From an uncultured Nitrospiraceae bacterium (GTDB taxonomy: Bacteria > Nitrospirota > Nitrospiria > Nitrospirales > Nitrospiraceae): a DNA stretch of 64,000 bases. A program made the translations under genes and the position numbers. Below, piece by piece: positions 40,682-51,111 of the stretch (position 1 is the stretch's first letter; each line of letters opens with the position of its first letter). The notes below the pieces were generated by a model that saw nothing but the letters and a program-made list of their open reading frames with translations, made no database searches and was not told the origin of the DNA. The stretch spans positions 704,001 through 768,000 of the forward strand of contig CAVPLT010000007.1 in NCBI GenBank assembly GCA_963706325.1. Direction: 5' to 3'.

Positions 40682-41068
40682 ATGAAATGCTGGTTCTCGG
40701 TCATCGGGCTGACGATTCTGCTTTCTCCATCCATCGCTGTCGCACAATCCGTCTCAGGAGTACGCGGGCTTGGTGGGGGAGTTGCTCCGCTGTTCGGGCT
40801 CGTGGGACCGGGCAATTTGTATGTGGATAACCAGGGCACCCAGGGGTACATCTATAATTTTGGAAATAACTTTCAATCGTATAATTTTCACAATCCCGCG
40901 ACTGGGCAGGCATGGAGTGGCGCCATGATGACGCTCGGGCCGCAACTCTCTATTGGATTAATCCAAGGGGCGAATCAGGTAGGTTCCCCTTTGGTATTTC
41001 CTCCTATGCCGCGAGACGTCGGGCCTCTTCCTCCTATCCAGTCCACCATTCTAGACGACATTCCCTAG
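40682..41068 (+). CDS. Hypothetical secreted protein
   Basis: Signal peptide ending AVA; Gly/Asn/Pro-rich. Confidence 0.6.
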   Translation: MKCWFSVIGLTILLSPSIAVAQSVSGVRGLGGGVAPLFGLVGPGNLYVDNQGTQGYIYNFGNNFQSYNFHNPATGQAWSGAMMTLGPQLSIGLIQGANQVGSPLVFPPMPRDVGPLPPIQSTILDDIP

Positions 41069-41192
41069 TGCTCTTCCTGCCTGACCGGAAATTTCTGGGG
41101 CGGTTTAGTATTGCCAGACAAGCTTGTCACACCCATCATCTACGGATAGTCGGTTATCAACAGAATCCACAGACTCCATGAGTTCAATCCAT

Positions 41193-41209
41193 GTCGGTAT
41201 CTAGCCGAC
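41193..41209. promoter_or_regulatory. Palindrome GTCGG-N7-CCGAC, candidate activator site
   Basis: GTCGG-TATCTAG-CCGAC, with a partial copy GTCGG-TTATCAA-CAGAA at 41149; about 90 bp upstream of the -24 element. Confidence 0.4.
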
Positions 41210-41296
41210 CCTTTGTCACGGCACTCATTCTCAAGCCGTTGATTCATCATTCTTTCTTCCTATATCCTGTTCTGCCCATTAATTCGCTCTAAATGG

Positions 41297-41312
41297 TGGT
41301 ACGAGGTTTGCT
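41297..41312 (+). promoter_or_regulatory. Sigma-54 -24/-12 promoter of the GT4 operon
   Basis: TGGTAC-GAGGT-TTGCT. Confidence 0.7.
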
Positions 41313-41509
41313 TGGGTGACCGCTCAAAGTGCCGCCCTGATCCATGAGCGTCGAGGCGACAAAAAGAATACGACTAACTCAAAGATGTCAATTGAATCAG
41401 AACTGCAGAACAGAAAGAATGCGAGAACTTGTGATGCTGGGAGTGTGACGTTTGAGGAGACTGAGGCGCTGAGTATCTCAGGACTGAGACAGCAAAGGAG
41501 ATTGCACTG

Positions 41510-42583
41510 ATGAGGATTGCCCAGGTTTCACCGCTTTGGGAGAGTGTTCCGCCGAAGTTGTACGGAGGAACGGAGCGCATCGTCTCCTACTTGACGGAAG
41601 AACTGGTCCGGCAGGGGCACGAGGTGACGTTGTTTGCCAGCGGTGATTCGGTCACGCGGGCCAAGCTGGAGGCGCCCTGTCAGCAAGCGCTGCGTTTGAA
41701 CACGGGTATTTTCAATCGCGAAGCTCCGCTCATTCACATGATGGAGCAGGTCTTCTGCGCGGCTGACCAATTCGATATCATCCATTCGCATTTGGACTTC
41801 CTTGCCTTTTCTCTTTCTCGTCGCTGCCGTGTGCCGGTAGTCACAACGCTGCATGGCCGGCTGGATTTGCCTGAACTCGTGCCGGTCTTCCGTGAATTTG
41901 CCGAGATGCCGCTGGTGTCCATATCGGACTCACAACGACGGCCATTGTCCTTTTGCAACTGGGCCAATACCGTCTATCACGGTTTACCTAAAGACCTGTA
42001 TAAGTTTAACGCTGAGCCGGGCAAATATCTGGCTTTTCTTGGTCGCGTTTCGCCGGAAAAATGTCCGGATCAGGCCATTGAGTTGGCCAAGCGTGTTGGA
42101 CTGCCTTTGAAGATGGCCGCCAAAGTAGACCCGGCTGATCGTGCCTACTTCGAGCGAGTCGTGGAACCCCTCCTTGATCATCCTCTGATCGACTTTGTGG
42201 GCGAAATTACCGACGCGCAAAAGAGTGAATTTATCGGGAACGCTATCGGACTCGTCTGTCCCTATGATTGGCCGGAACCGTTTGGTCTCGTGTTGATTGA
42301 AAGTCTCGCCTGCGGCACGCCCGTCCTCGCCTATCGACGAGGATCTATTCCCGAACTGATCGACCACGGTTCGACGGGATTTATCAGCGACAATCTGAAT
42401 GAAATGGTCAGTCAGGTGGAGAAGCTCGGCACCATCGACCGTCACCGTTGCCGTCAGGTGTTTGATGCGCGATTTACCGCGCAACGAATGACCAGCGACT
42501 ACGTAAATATTTATCAACAGCTAATCACCGATGCAGCGGCTCTCCCAGGAGCATCGGGGCAGCAACAGGCTTCGAACCTCTAA
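41510..42583 (+). CDS. Glycosyltransferase family 4
   Basis: VPPKLYGGTERIV, TTLHG, FLGRVSPEK, WPEPFGLVLIESLACGTPV. Confidence 0.92.
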   Translation: MRIAQVSPLWESVPPKLYGGTERIVSYLTEELVRQGHEVTLFASGDSVTRAKLEAPCQQALRLNTGIFNREAPLIHMMEQVFCAADQFDIIHSHLDFLAFSLSRRCRVPVVTTLHGRLDLPELVPVFREFAEMPLVSISDSQRRPLSFCNWANTVYHGLPKDLYKFNAEPGKYLAFLGRVSPEKCPDQAIELAKRVGLPLKMAAKVDPADRAYFERVVEPLLDHPLIDFVGEITDAQKSEFIGNAIGLVCPYDWPEPFGLVLIESLACGTPVLAYRRGSIPELIDHGSTGFISDNLNEMVSQVEKLGTIDRHRCRQVFDARFTAQRMTSDYVNIYQQLITDAAALPGASGQQQASNL

Positions 42584-42617
42584 GTCAGGGCGATCTCACC
42601 CTCGCGGAAGGACCAGC

Positions 42618-43901
42618 ATGGCAGACGGGTCACAATCCAATTCCCATACGACAACTGCGTCTGGCTGGCGTTTACTGGGAACTCGCGATTTCGGGTGCCT
42701 CTGGGCCGGCCAAGTCGTCTCTCAGATCGGCGATGGATTAAGCAAGGTCGCGCTCCTTTGGTTTGTGTACGAGATGACTGGATCGGCCCTCAAAATGACG
42801 GCCATCGGGCTGCTCCAAACTATTCCCCCATTGGTGTTCGGCCCGCTCATTGGGGTTTACCTTGATCGGCTGCCCAAGAAAGCGGTCATGATCACCGTGG
42901 ACCTCTTACGCACCCTCATGGTGCTGCTGATACCGGTCTTTTATGCGTTCGATATGCTGACGCTTGAACGGTTATACGTCTTGGTGTTCCTCGTTTCGAT
43001 CGTCTCCACCGTGTTCGGTCCGGCCTTGTCATCCTCAGTGCCGCTGATCGTGCAGCGCTCTCAGCTGACGACGGCGAATGCGTTCCTCCAGAGCACCACC
43101 AACATTGGCGTGTTGTTGGGCCCGGCCATGAGCGGGCTCGGCATCGCATTGATCGGAGCGCAAAATGTGCTCTACGTGAATGCCGGTACCTTCTTTGTAT
43201 CAGCCCTGTTTCTATTGCCGATTCGCGTGCGACACACACGCGTTTCAGGGGATTTGAAAGCCGTGTCCACTCCGATCATTCAGGACATGATGGTGGGATT
43301 TCGATTTGTGTTCTTACAACAGCGTGTGGTGTTTGGGCTCATGATCACCGCAGTGCTGTATAACCTTGCCATCAGCGCCTTTGTCTTTCTTCTCCCCGTA
43401 GTTGCAAAGGAGTTGTTGCAGGTCGGTCCGATGGAATTGGGCTGGTTGTGGTCAGCCTTGGGTATTGGCATGTTGGGCGCTTCCATTTGGCTCGCGCGAA
43501 TACCACAAGGCACGTTCCAGGATCGGGTCGGAAGGATTGGCCGTTCGCTCGCAATCGGCGGATTGGCTGTGTGCGCCCTGGGACTGATTCAGACGCCCCT
43601 GCTGTTCAGCACCTTTCTGTTGATCGTGATCATCGGAGGCAGCACCTCTTTATTTTATCCGGTGGTGTCGGCGATGCTCCAGGAAGTCACGCCCGAACAC
43701 TTACTTGGGCGCGTATTCACGACGTTCAGTACAGGAGGGATGGCGTCGGCCATGGTCGGCATGGTTGGATTCGGATGGGCCGCCGATGCCTTGGGTCCCG
43801 CGGTCAGTCTCGTCGGAATCGGACTCCTACTCTTGCTCACTGCCGTGGTCACGATGCAGGTCAGCCGCCGTGAACTGGCAGTGGGCCCGATTGTCGCATA
43901 A
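42618..43901 (+). CDS. MFS transporter (DHA3-like)
   Basis: RDFGCLWAGQVVSQIGD, GVYLDRLPKK, 12 hydrophobic segments. Confidence 0.9.
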   Translation: MADGSQSNSHTTTASGWRLLGTRDFGCLWAGQVVSQIGDGLSKVALLWFVYEMTGSALKMTAIGLLQTIPPLVFGPLIGVYLDRLPKKAVMITVDLLRTLMVLLIPVFYAFDMLTLERLYVLVFLVSIVSTVFGPALSSSVPLIVQRSQLTTANAFLQSTTNIGVLLGPAMSGLGIALIGAQNVLYVNAGTFFVSALFLLPIRVRHTRVSGDLKAVSTPIIQDMMVGFRFVFLQQRVVFGLMITAVLYNLAISAFVFLLPVVAKELLQVGPMELGWLWSALGIGMLGASIWLARIPQGTFQDRVGRIGRSLAIGGLAVCALGLIQTPLLFSTFLLIVIIGGSTSLFYPVVSAMLQEVTPEHLLGRVFTTFSTGGMASAMVGMVGFGWAADALGPAVSLVGIGLLLLLTAVVTMQVSRRELAVGPIVA

Positions 43902-44121
43902 TCTTTTCTTCCCTTCGTTCTAGCCCACATGCCTTGAAGCGATCACTCCCGCGAGCATGGCATTGTCGCCAGATCGGAGAGACCGCGCAGATGTTGCTTT
44001 CTCCCCGTGCCTCGCGTATGTCTTTTATTCCAGGGCGTCTCGTCTCCTCACTCAATGGTCAGGATGTGCGCTCATTCATCAGCCGTGGCGTGCGTCATTT
44101 AATTCAATATATGAGGGGCCT

Positions 44122-45096
44122 ATGCGGATGACTCATTCTGTTACTCTGACGGGAGCATTGGTGTTGGCAGGGTGGCTGCTGGGCGGAGGGGGCGTGGCGA
44201 CAGGCACAGAGTCGACCCCCGAAGGGAAACCTGAGCCACCACCGACTCAGCGACCTAAAGACCCGGACGTGAAACCGAAGGAGCCCGAAACTAGGCCTAA
44301 AGAATCGGACTCGAAACCGGCTGAACAGAAACCCAAAGAGGCTGATGTGAAGCCGAAAGAGAGCGAGACAAAATCCAAAGAGGTGGAGTCAAAGCCCAAG
44401 GATGTAGAACCTAAATCCAAAGAACCTTCCGTAAAGACCAAGGAGACGGAACACAAGACCAAAGAATCAGAAAAAATTAAAGAGACGGAACAGAAATCAA
44501 AAGATTCCGACCTGCCGCCAGAAAATCCCTGTCCTACCGTCGCCCATCCGGCTGAACAGAAGGCAGCGGCGGAGCTACCCTTGGTACCGTCTGATAATGC
44601 TGCCGGAGAGCATCCCAAGGCAGTGGAGCCCGAGTCGAAGAAGCCGATACGCTCATCCATGGTGACGGCCAAGTTGGCGCTCATGGCTGACCCGCGACTA
44701 TTTCCTTATGACATTGAGGTGGACGCCAAGGACAAGGACCTGGTCTTGCTCGGGAAGGTCTCGCAGGAGTCGGATAAGAAGGCGGCCACCGATATCGTGA
44801 GATGTCTTGATGGCGTGCACGCGGTGGAAAACCGTCTCAAAATCGAGCTGGATGCGCCGCACGGCCTCGTCGCAGAGCGAGATAAGGTGGTCACGCAACT
44901 GGTGAAAGAGCGGTTCGAGAAAAGCAAAACCTTGCAATCTGTCAAATTCGATGTAAAAACCGAAGACGGAGTGGTCACGCTCAGCGGAAACACGCGGTTT
45001 CAGATCATTGTGCTGGAAGCGGCGCAGGCGGCCCGCCAAGTGCCGGGCGTGCGGGCCGTTAATACCGATGCCGTGCGATTGGTCGCCGGAGAATAG
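44122..45096 (+). CDS. Secreted dual-BON-domain protein with K/E/P-rich repeats
   Basis: Signal peptide; BON motifs (IEVDAK...LLGKV...GVHAVENRL; VKTEDGVVTLSG...VPGVRAV). Confidence 0.85.
   Translation: MRMTHSVTLTGALVLAGWLLGGGGVATGTESTPEGKPEPPPTQRPKDPDVKPKEPETRPKESDSKPAEQKPKEADVKPKESETKSKEVESKPKDVEPKSKEPSVKTKETEHKTKESEKIKETEQKSKDSDLPPENPCPTVAHPAEQKAAAELPLVPSDNAAGEHPKAVEPESKKPIRSSMVTAKLALMADPRLFPYDIEVDAKDKDLVLLGKVSQESDKKAATDIVRCLDGVHAVENRLKIELDAPHGLVAERDKVVTQLVKERFEKSKTLQSVKFDVKTEDGVVTLSGNTRFQIIVLEAAQAARQVPGVRAVNTDAVRLVAGE
44251..44512 (+). repeat. Degenerate 21-bp (7-aa) tandem repeat, about 12 copies
   Basis: RPKDPDV KPKEPET RPKESDS ... KPKEADV KPKESET KSKEVES KPKDVEP KSKEPSV KTKETEH KTKESE KIKETEQ KSKDSD. 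Confidence 0.8.
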
Positions 45097-45151
45097 GATC
45101 CTTCTGTGAGCAGATCGACAGAGGGAGTTCGAGACGCAGTCTGCTGAGGCT

Positions 45152-46492
45152 ATGAAACCCCAGCGCGTCAGCGGAAGGGCAGGACGCCCGAACGTGAAGT
45201 GGTCGCCGCAGCTCTTGACGCGCGACTTCACGCTGGTCTGGTGGGGCCAAATGGTGTCCCAAGTCGGCGATGGTGTATCCAAGCTCGCCTTACTCTGGTT
45301 TGTCTATTCCATTACCGGATCCCCACTCAAGACGACCATGATTGGGTTGCTCCAAACCCTACCGCCCATTTTGTTCGGGCCCTTCATCGGTGTGGTCGTC
45401 GATCGTGTTCCCAAAAAACTTCTGTTAATTATTAGCGACCTCATCCGCGCGGTGGTTCTGGGGGTGATTCCCTGTCTGATACCGGTGGAAGCGTTCAGCA
45501 TCGAGCGGCTCTATCTTATGGTGTTTGTTCATGCCGTCGCCTCCGCCGTCTTCGGCCCCGCCCTAACGGCCGCAATCCCGTCGTTGGTTTCGCGTCATGA
45601 ATTTACTGCGGCCAATGCATTGCTGCAGACGACGACCAGCATCGGCATCATCGTCGGGCCGGCGTTGAGCGGCGTGGGTATTGCGACCATGAGCTCGCAG
45701 GATGTGCTGTGCGTGAATGCCGTCAGTTATGTCATTTCAGCGGCCTGTTTTCTTTTTATCCGGTTTCCGCGCGCCGAATCGATCATCATAGGTGAGGCCT
45801 CGTTGGCAGGAACGTTCCGCGATGTCCTCGAGGGGTTTCACTATGTGCTTCGGCAGCAGCGGATCATTCTGATGTTGATCGGGGCTGCCTCAATGTATAC
45901 GTTTGCGACGAGCGCATTCAGCACGCTATTTCCTGTCTTCGGGAAGAAACTGCTGGATCTCGGTCCGATCGAGGTCGGGTATTTATGGTCCGCATTCGGT
46001 GTCGGGCTCCTATTGGTCTCGCTGGGTCTCGTGTCCCTGTCTGCATGGACGCTGCCACGGCGGATTCAGTTGATGGCGCTCTCGAGTTTCATCAGCGGTC
46101 TCGCATTGATGGGCTTAATCCTGACGTCGAACCGATTGGTTGCGGCGGCTTTGATGGTCATCATCGGCATGGGTGCGGGCACGCTCACGCCCGTCGCCTG
46201 GGGGGTATTACAGGAGATTGCGCCGTCGTCGCTGTTGGGACGGGTGCTGGCAATTTACAATTTGGGGGCCATGACCTCCGCCATTGCCGGCATGACGATC
46301 TTCGGCTGGGTGACGCAGGAGTTCGGTGAACGTCCTAGTGTGTTCGGTATCGGCGTAGGTCTTTTCCTGTCCGCACTGGTGTCCGTGCGGGTGGTGCGAT
46401 GGATACGGACGAATTGGATAGAGCCGGGTTTCCAGTCGACCCAGGAGGCAGAGCGGCCCGTCGCCGTGGTCACGCAGTCAACAGATCGTTGA
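45152..46492 (+). CDS. MFS transporter, paralog of 42618-43901
   Basis: TRDFTLVWWGQMVSQVGDGVSKLALLWFVYSITGSPLK...IGLLQTLPP, near-identical to the upstream MFS N-terminus. Confidence 0.9.
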   Translation: MKPQRVSGRAGRPNVKWSPQLLTRDFTLVWWGQMVSQVGDGVSKLALLWFVYSITGSPLKTTMIGLLQTLPPILFGPFIGVVVDRVPKKLLLIISDLIRAVVLGVIPCLIPVEAFSIERLYLMVFVHAVASAVFGPALTAAIPSLVSRHEFTAANALLQTTTSIGIIVGPALSGVGIATMSSQDVLCVNAVSYVISAACFLFIRFPRAESIIIGEASLAGTFRDVLEGFHYVLRQQRIILMLIGAASMYTFATSAFSTLFPVFGKKLLDLGPIEVGYLWSAFGVGLLLVSLGLVSLSAWTLPRRIQLMALSSFISGLALMGLILTSNRLVAAALMVIIGMGAGTLTPVAWGVLQEIAPSSLLGRVLAIYNLGAMTSAIAGMTIFGWVTQEFGERPSVFGIGVGLFLSALVSVRVVRWIRTNWIEPGFQSTQEAERPVAVVTQSTDR

Positions 46493-46637
46493 GGTTACGC
46501 GTGAGGCTGTGCGCGATCCGAAGTTCCTTAGAGAAGCAGACAAGACAAGAGGGATATCAGACTGATAAAGGTGGAATGAAGTCGTAGCTGCGACCATACA
46601 TCACGTCGCGGTAGCCTGAGGTTGCGGGGAGGAATGC

Positions 46638-48800
46638 GTGGAAGAAATCATCAACGTCAATGACCGTTTTTACATCCTGGCCAGCTCATCGATGGCAGAT
46701 GACCGTACGCGTGTGCTCAAGCACGGCGAAACCTTCGGTGTTTTTGACCGGTATGGCGACATTCAACCGGTCCGTGGAACTCAGGGATTGTTTCACCAAG
46801 GCACCCGCTTCTTGTCGCGACAGGAATTATTTCTGAATAACGATCGTCCGATGCTCCTGAGTTCCATGGTCAAAGAGGACAATGCCTTGCTCGCCGTGGA
46901 TCTTACGAATCCAGATCTGTATCGGGACGGTCGCATCGCCATTCCGCGCGGGAGCGTCCACGTCTTCCGCTCGCGCTTTCTGTGGAACGGGGTGAGCTAT
47001 GAGCGGTTTCGCCTTTCGAATTTTAGTTTGTCGGCGGTGAAGATGAGCCTGTCGATCCGATTTGAAGCCGATTTCGCGGATATCTTCGAAGTACGCGGCA
47101 AGAAACGAGACCGGAAGGGCACGCTTTTGCCGAGTGTTCCACAGAAGGACCTGATGGTGCTGCGCTACGAGGGGCTAGATGCGGTGACGCGTGAAACCAG
47201 GATTCATTTCACTCCGGCCCCGCAAGAAGTCACGGCCTCGCAGGCGACCTTCGACATTGAACTCGATCCGAAGGGGGAGGCCGCGTTGGCGGTGATCGCC
47301 GCGTGCGATCGGTCTCAGGACTCGCGGACGTTCTTGTCCTACGATGCGGCCATGGCGGAAGCCGGTCTGGCCTTCGGGGCGGAGCAGCCCCAGGATTGCG
47401 CCATTCAGACCTCCAATGCCCAATTCAATGCTTGGTGGAATCGTTCTTTGCTGGATGTGCGCATGATGGTCACAGACACGGATCAAGGCCCCTATCCCTA
47501 CGCCGGAGTGCCATGGTTCAGTACGCCGTTTGGGCGGGACGGCATCATCACTGCCTTGGAGAGTTTATGGATTAGACCGGAATTGGCGCGCGGGGTCTTG
47601 GCCTATCTGGCCCACACGCAGGCCACGGAAATAAATCCGGCACAGGACGCGGAGCCCGGGAAGATCCTTCATGAAACACGCAAGGGCGAGATGGCTGCTT
47701 TGGGAGAGATTCCATTCGGCGTGTACTATGGCAGCGTCGATTCGACTCCCTTATTTGTCATGTTGGCCGGGGCGTACTACGAGCGGACGGCAGATTTGGC
47801 GTTCGTAGAAACCATTTGGACCAATGTCGAGGCGGCGTTGACCTGGATGGATACATTCGGCGACCCCGATCGCGACGGATTCCTGGAGTACGTACGGAAA
47901 TCTCCCACCGGGTTGGACAATCAAGGCTGGAAAGACTCCCACGATTCGATCTCGCATGAAGATGGCTCGATGGCGGAAGGGCCGATCGCGCTGTGTGAGG
48001 TGCAGGGTTATGCCTATGACGCGAAACTGCAGGCTTCTAGGCTAGCGGACGCTCTGGGATATGCTGATCGTGCCACTCAGCTCCGACGGCAAGCTGGGTC
48101 GCTCAAGGAGCATTTTGAGGAGGCGTTTTGGTGCGATGATCTGTCGACCTATGCCCTTGCCTTGGACGGCAAGAAGCAACCCTGCCGGATTAAAACATCG
48201 AATGCCGGGCATTGCCTCTACACGGGAATTGCGAGCGACGCGCATGCCAAACGATTGGCGGAAACGCTCATGTCCGAAGAGATGTTCAGCGGGTGGGGGA
48301 TTCGAACCCTGGCCGATTCCGAACGTCGGTATAATCCGATGTCCTATCACAACGGTTCAGTGTGGCCGCATGACAATGCGATGATTGCCGCCGGTTTGGC
48401 GCGGTACGGTCTCAAAGCGGAGGTCGACAAAGTTATGACCGGGTTATTTGAGGTCAGCCTGGTCCTTGATTTTCATCGGTTGCCGGAGTTGTTCTGCGGA
48501 TTTGTGCGCCGGCCTGGTCAAGGGCTGACACGGTATCCCGTCGCCTGTAACCCACAAGCCTGGGCGGCCGGATCGGCATTCATGGCCCTTCAGGCCTGTC
48601 TTGGGTTGTCGATCCTGGCGTCGGAGCGCAAGGTGATCTTCCAGTACCCTATTCTGCCGCGGTTCGTGGGCGAGATGCAGATTAACAATTTAAAGGTTGG
48701 AACGGCCTCGGTCGATCTTCTCCTGCGGCGTCACGATCTCGATGTCGGCATCACGGTCGTTCGTCGGGAGGGCGAAGTCGAGGTGGTTTCGGTTAGATAG
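46638..48800 (+). CDS. Amylo-alpha-1,6-glucosidase / glycogen-debranching-like glycoside hydrolase
   Basis: LKHGETFGVFD, AGVPWFSTPFGRD, AEPGKILHE, NQGWKDS, YHNGSVWPHDN, PELFCG. Confidence 0.9.
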   Translation: MEEIINVNDRFYILASSSMADDRTRVLKHGETFGVFDRYGDIQPVRGTQGLFHQGTRFLSRQELFLNNDRPMLLSSMVKEDNALLAVDLTNPDLYRDGRIAIPRGSVHVFRSRFLWNGVSYERFRLSNFSLSAVKMSLSIRFEADFADIFEVRGKKRDRKGTLLPSVPQKDLMVLRYEGLDAVTRETRIHFTPAPQEVTASQATFDIELDPKGEAALAVIAACDRSQDSRTFLSYDAAMAEAGLAFGAEQPQDCAIQTSNAQFNAWWNRSLLDVRMMVTDTDQGPYPYAGVPWFSTPFGRDGIITALESLWIRPELARGVLAYLAHTQATEINPAQDAEPGKILHETRKGEMAALGEIPFGVYYGSVDSTPLFVMLAGAYYERTADLAFVETIWTNVEAALTWMDTFGDPDRDGFLEYVRKSPTGLDNQGWKDSHDSISHEDGSMAEGPIALCEVQGYAYDAKLQASRLADALGYADRATQLRRQAGSLKEHFEEAFWCDDLSTYALALDGKKQPCRIKTSNAGHCLYTGIASDAHAKRLAETLMSEEMFSGWGIRTLADSERRYNPMSYHNGSVWPHDNAMIAAGLARYGLKAEVDKVMTGLFEVSLVLDFHRLPELFCGFVRRPGQGLTRYPVACNPQAWAAGSAFMALQACLGLSILASERKVIFQYPILPRFVGEMQINNLKVGTASVDLLLRRHDLDVGITVVRREGEVEVVSVR

Positions 48801-48887
48801 CATGTATCCCATGGTGCGGAGCGCACGGCCACGACACGATCTCTCGCGTAGGTTGCCGTCATTTCATAGTGTGGTGAGTAGCGCGCG

Positions 48888-50480
48888 CTATGGAGCATCC
48901 GCAAGTTGCCAGGCCAGGGCCACCACATACCGTGCGGCTGCAGAGAGAATCTTAGGGTTCAGCGTGTCTACGGTATCGGTGGGTTGATGGAAATGCGGGT
49001 GGATTCCACTGCTCACGATGGTCACCGTGGGAACTCCCGCCTCTTTAAACGGTACGTGGTCTCCCCCGGGAAAGAACCCGAACAAGTCAATTTGGTCGAT
49101 AAGCCCAGCTTTCTGACCTGCCGTTTGGGCAACAGATTTATCTAATCCCGTTACCCCGATAGTAAGTTTCCCATTCCCAACACCGGCGTGATCCACGTTA
49201 ATCATTGCGATCGTCGAGGGCAGCGGTACGACCGGGTGAGTAACGTAGAACTTGGATCCCAGCAACCCCTGTTCTTCCCCGCTGAACGACACAAGCACAA
49301 TCGAGCGTTTGAGGCGGGTCGGAGCCGCCGCGAGTACCCGCGCCACTTCCAATAGCACGGCCGTGCCGGATGCATTGTCGTCGGCCCCGGCGAAGAGCAG
49401 GCCGCCTTGTTGTCCGAAGTGATCACGATGCGCGCCGATCACGATCGTTTCATGTTGGTTCACAGGATCCTGTCCAGGCACGATTGAAATGACGTTGTGA
49501 AGGGCGCCGTCCTGCTGGGTGCTTGTCCAATGCATCGCCACGGCGACATCAACAGCCATCGATCGTGGAGTGAGGCCTTCGTTAATGTGCTGCTGTAAGA
49601 TGCGAAGCCGGTCGCTGCCGTCCGGCTGGTGAAAACCAACAATCGCCGCAGCGAGCGAAGTACTAATCCAGGCTCCAGGAATGCTTTCATGAGGATTCGT
49701 CAGTCCGTAAAAGGCGCTTGGCCGGCCCGTGACCCCGCGACGAGTTTCATAGGCATTGAGGATGGGCGCCGTCGCAATCAGTAAGCCGATGGCTCCATGT
49801 TCTCGGGCTATGCGCATCTTGTCTGCGTGGGACACCTGTTTCTCATATGGCTCGGGTTTGCCCCGGAGAAATAAAACTATTTTATTCCGCACATCCAACT
49901 CGGCATATTCATCGATTCCGCCGGCGGGATCCGAAATTCCGTATCCCACAAACACAATCGGGGCCTGAAGATCTGCAGGGGGAGAATCGAGTATGGGAAG
50001 GTAATCGGTGCCGATCAAAGCGGGCGGAGAGTCGGATGCGAATTGGGGGTGCAGTATGGGAGCATCCCCGATAGCCGTGCTGCGCACAGTAGTGGACTGC
50101 ATCCAGATCCTGCCGGGGAGATGGTCGCTCAAGGTGGCGGAGCCAGAGTTAGGGGAGCGCTCCCCATGCAAATCTAGAAATCGGCCCTTAACAAACTCGG
50201 CGGACGCCAGGTCGTCGGGGGTGCCGGTTTGGCGACCCTTGAATGACGGCGCAGTTAGTGAACGGATATCTGCCAGCATGCGGTCGCTGGAAATGAGCAG
50301 CAAGGCTTGTGTGAGCGGGTTAGGCTGGTCAAGCAGGCCTGCTGCTAAACTGGGGGCCGCAGCCGCGCCTGTGAACAGGCTCACGATTAGGGCTAACAGC
50401 CATCGAGGGCGCCACGGGGTAAAGGCGTAGACGTCTTTGTCTCTGGTGACCGTGGTAGATAGGGAGCCAGGGCATCGCAT
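48888..50480 (-). CDS. M28 family peptidase with PA domain
   Basis: VFVGYGI, IGAHRDH, GADDNASG, SGEEQGLLGS, GGDH, HFHQPTD; ATG coupled to upstream stop (TGATG). Confidence 0.88.
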   Translation of the reverse strand: MRCPGSLSTTVTRDKDVYAFTPWRPRWLLALIVSLFTGAAAAPSLAAGLLDQPNPLTQALLLISSDRMLADIRSLTAPSFKGRQTGTPDDLASAEFVKGRFLDLHGERSPNSGSATLSDHLPGRIWMQSTTVRSTAIGDAPILHPQFASDSPPALIGTDYLPILDSPPADLQAPIVFVGYGISDPAGGIDEYAELDVRNKIVLFLRGKPEPYEKQVSHADKMRIAREHGAIGLLIATAPILNAYETRRGVTGRPSAFYGLTNPHESIPGAWISTSLAAAIVGFHQPDGSDRLRILQQHINEGLTPRSMAVDVAVAMHWTSTQQDGALHNVISIVPGQDPVNQHETIVIGAHRDHFGQQGGLLFAGADDNASGTAVLLEVARVLAAAPTRLKRSIVLVSFSGEEQGLLGSKFYVTHPVVPLPSTIAMINVDHAGVGNGKLTIGVTGLDKSVAQTAGQKAGLIDQIDLFGFFPGGDHVPFKEAGVPTVTIVSSGIHPHFHQPTDTVDTLNPKILSAAARYVVALAWQLADAP

Positions 50481-50917
50481 CAGATCGACGTGGCAGAAGC
50501 CTTTTGTGCAGACCAGCGCTGATACCATCGCCAGAGCGGAGGTTGAAGCAGGCGGGGAATGGGATAGCCCAGGCCGCGGACGTAGCCATCATCGCGATCC
50601 AGGACGGAAAAAGCGAGCCGATATTTCTCACGGAATACGGTGCAACGGCGCGCCACCTCCTCATCGGTCAGGCGCAGGTGTTGTCGTATCACTGTTCCGA
50701 TGGCGTCATCAGATGGGGTCTCACTAATCAGGGGTTCGACAAAGGCCGGTGTGAGTTGGAATCGGCGCATGAAAGATTGATCAAGTGCCGACGGATAGGC
50801 ATAGGTCCCAAGGGTGCCGGCCTGGAAGGCGCGCACCTTGTCAATCAATCGTGGCAACCAGATCATGCCCGCCAGGGTCTCGCTCCATCGACGCGGAGGG
50901 TGCTGCCCAAGATCCAT
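50480..50917 (-). CDS. DUF5069-like protein
   Basis: DL.QHPPRRWSETLAGMIWLPRLIDKVRA...GTLGTYAYP. Confidence 0.7.
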   Translation of the reverse strand: MDLGQHPPRRWSETLAGMIWLPRLIDKVRAFQAGTLGTYAYPSALDQSFMRRFQLTPAFVEPLISETPSDDAIGTVIRQHLRLTDEEVARRCTVFREKYRLAFSVLDRDDGYVRGLGYPIPRLLQPPLWRWYQRWSAQKASATSI

Positions 50918-51111
50918 CCTGTAACCTCGTATTCATGATCGTAACGGGTACGTATAGCGACAGCACTATACCACAGGAAAGCGGTCCCATTGCAGAGTGC
51001 GAAAGCGTCCGTGTACTATCGGTCTCAGCCGCATTTCTGCGACTCATCTGCAGGATGGTATAGCGTCGTGCGGTGTGAGGAAGCTAATGGATCCGGTAAG
51101 AGGTGGCGCGA

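Noticed and set aside
44251..44512. CRISPR-like or mobile repeat array
   Set aside because: Repeats are in-frame, degenerate coding units with no unique spacers and no cas genes
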